From NCBI GenBank assembly GCA_951406725.2, contig OX597817.1:146072001-146136000 (forward strand): a DNA stretch of 64,000 nt, given 5' to 3'. The notes beneath the pieces are model-generated. The model ran no database searches, was not told the origin of the DNA, and saw nothing but the letters and a program-made list of their open reading frames with translations. The DNA is from Octopus vulgaris (taxonomy: Eukaryota). Both the position numbers and the translations under genes were made by a program. Below, one piece after another: positions 62,001 to 64,000 of this stretch (its first letter is position 1; every line of letters starts with the position of its first letter).

Positions 62001-64000
62001 CTGAATCACTGGTTCAGCTGTTCAGTATAAACAATATGTAAAATATTTTCTGTTGTTAACAGAGAAAGGAATGATATTCTGGCAAATGACAATGATCAAA
62101 GTGGATCTATCCATAGGAGAAATCCTTATCACTAACAGCTATTTTCCCCTCACACAAGACGGGGAAACTTTTAGGATGGTTCCAACCTCAAAGTTCACAA
62201 TGAATGGCAAGGACAATTAGAGGTGAACACTGGCCTTTTACCCCCCATCTTTTTTTTTTCTTCTTGTTTCATTTCCTCTCCATAAAAAAAAAATCTGTGA
62301 AAAATTCTTTCATTTATAGAAATCAATTGTTTCGCCTAACTAAAAATTATAAATTACAACAAAATAAAAAAAAACAACAATTTGATTGTATTTGGGTACA
62401 AAGCAAAAAATTTTTTAAATAGTTAAAACTTTCTACATAAGTTTGGTTGGGGGAGGGGGGGAATAAGTGCTGGGGTTAATTACTTGCATAAAAAAGAGAA
62501 ACAGTCTAAAAACTGTTAAACTATTTAACCATTTTGTTAACCCGGTCAATGATAATTTTGGCCTTCAGTTTGATACTACAGAATAGACATGTCAATATTA
62601 CCATAAAATATACCAGGAAAGAATCTGGAAAGTGACACTGACAATGACTATAAAGATGCATCTATTACATAAAAGCAACCAGTATATTTTCTCTACACAT
62701 AAGCAAACCTAGTCATCACTAAACCCTCCAGGCATACAAATACAGGCCGGACAGTAAGTTGAATGTATGATACAACACCAATCCCAGGCTATGAAAGAAA
62801 GTGTAGTGAAACCAGACTAGATTATAGAATGTATATGATATGCTGGATCAGAAGACAATCAACAAATTATAATTGATATCCCTGATCGAGAAGCTTGCTT
62901 GAATGGAACTGACTGGAGTTATTCAAAAACACATACAGCCATAAACAAACGTATGCATTAATCCCTGACAGAAAACTAATCATTAAATCCGAGTGAATTT
63001 CTAATGATACAGAAGACTGTTTAGTTGTAGGTGCATAGTGTCACATGGGGGATGGGGGTATTTTCTAGTCAATACATTTATAAATGGTGGAGCATAAGTG
63101 ACAGAAGACAACTGAAACCCTTCAGGCTTTTATTTCTGTCTTTGGTTACAAACTGCACCAACATTCAATGACAGTTCAAGCAAGTTAAAATAGAACAGGG
63201 TTACAATATGGAAGCACATTTTAGCCCTGGACCTTGATGGGAAGCAAATTTTCAAAATACTGATTCCTCTATTTTGGAAATTAGTCTGTCTTTTACGTGA
63301 GCATGACTGACATAATTCATATGCAATGTTCTGGGATTATGAGTCGTGACCCAAATCTATTTCAAATGGTTTATATAGAAGAATTCTTAACTGTCCACTA
63401 CTTCAAAAATAAAGACCAATTTTAAACAAGTAAAATAAGGAAAAATCAAAATATATATTGAAGGGGAGGAGGAAAATGTTTTAATTTAAAAACAAGTTTG
63501 CACTTAGTGCAAATATGTAATTTCCTTAGCAGTCTAAGGGTTTTTATCAAAGATTTTTCTATGAATATAGATGTTCGTTCCCAAATGTACATTTTTTAAT
63601 GAAGAATTTTAACTCTACTGAGTGTGTATAAAAAAAAGATAATTCCTATGGAGAAGATCAAAGGAATTATAAAAGAAATTACGGTGGGAAGGGGAGGCAA
63701 GACTGTTTAAATAAAATAACATAAAAACCACATTATTTACACACATACATGTACAGTCACATTAACTTTCACAATTGTATACACAATTTGGAAGGTGGTT
63801 GGAAAAAAAAAAGAGAGAGAGAAAGAGAGAGAGAGAGATACAACCGATGTACCTTTCTATCAATTATTTATCTCTAAATCACATTAACTCTAAAATTCAG
63901 AATTAAAAAAAAATTATTTTTGGTGGGGAGCAGTGATGAGCATGTGATATGAATGAGATGTGAAAAATACTAGCCTCAGGATATATATGCACATGAGAAT

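Overview
Eukaryotic, AT-rich and repeat-dense genomic DNA. The tRNA-headed SINE families and (AT)n/(TTA)n microsatellites look like octopus/coleoid cephalopod sequence (recognition, not a search). Most ORFs in the track are microsatellite or SINE artefacts. Supported content: (1) an apparently full-length CR1-clade LINE of about 4.7 kb (minus, ~51621-56311). Its APE+RT ORF2 is uninterrupted but has no AUG ahead of the endonuclease. It overlaps ORF1 in the -1 frame across a G_GGA_AAC slippery heptamer followed by a perfect 15-bp stem, which makes it a candidate programmed -1 ribosomal frameshift in a LINE. ORF1 (PHD finger, polyQ repeats, RRM-like region) can be rebuilt across two homopolymer indels. 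(2) A head-to-tail train of one CR1 and two Tx1/L1-clade fragments joined by (TTA)n tracts (30560-34140). (3) A spliced small type-I membrane protein gene only partly shown by the ORF track (40135-40198 + 42478-42842, 142 aa). (4) Penelope-type remnants (GIY-YIG) and several fold-back palindromes, one holding a complete minimal hammerhead ribozyme (58776-58821, minus). (5) Mariner/Tc1 remnants, piggyBac-type and Tc2-type MITEs, a non-autonomous Helitron, RTE/L2/CRE fragments and many SINEs. All coordinates were read by eye, and repeat boundaries are approximate.
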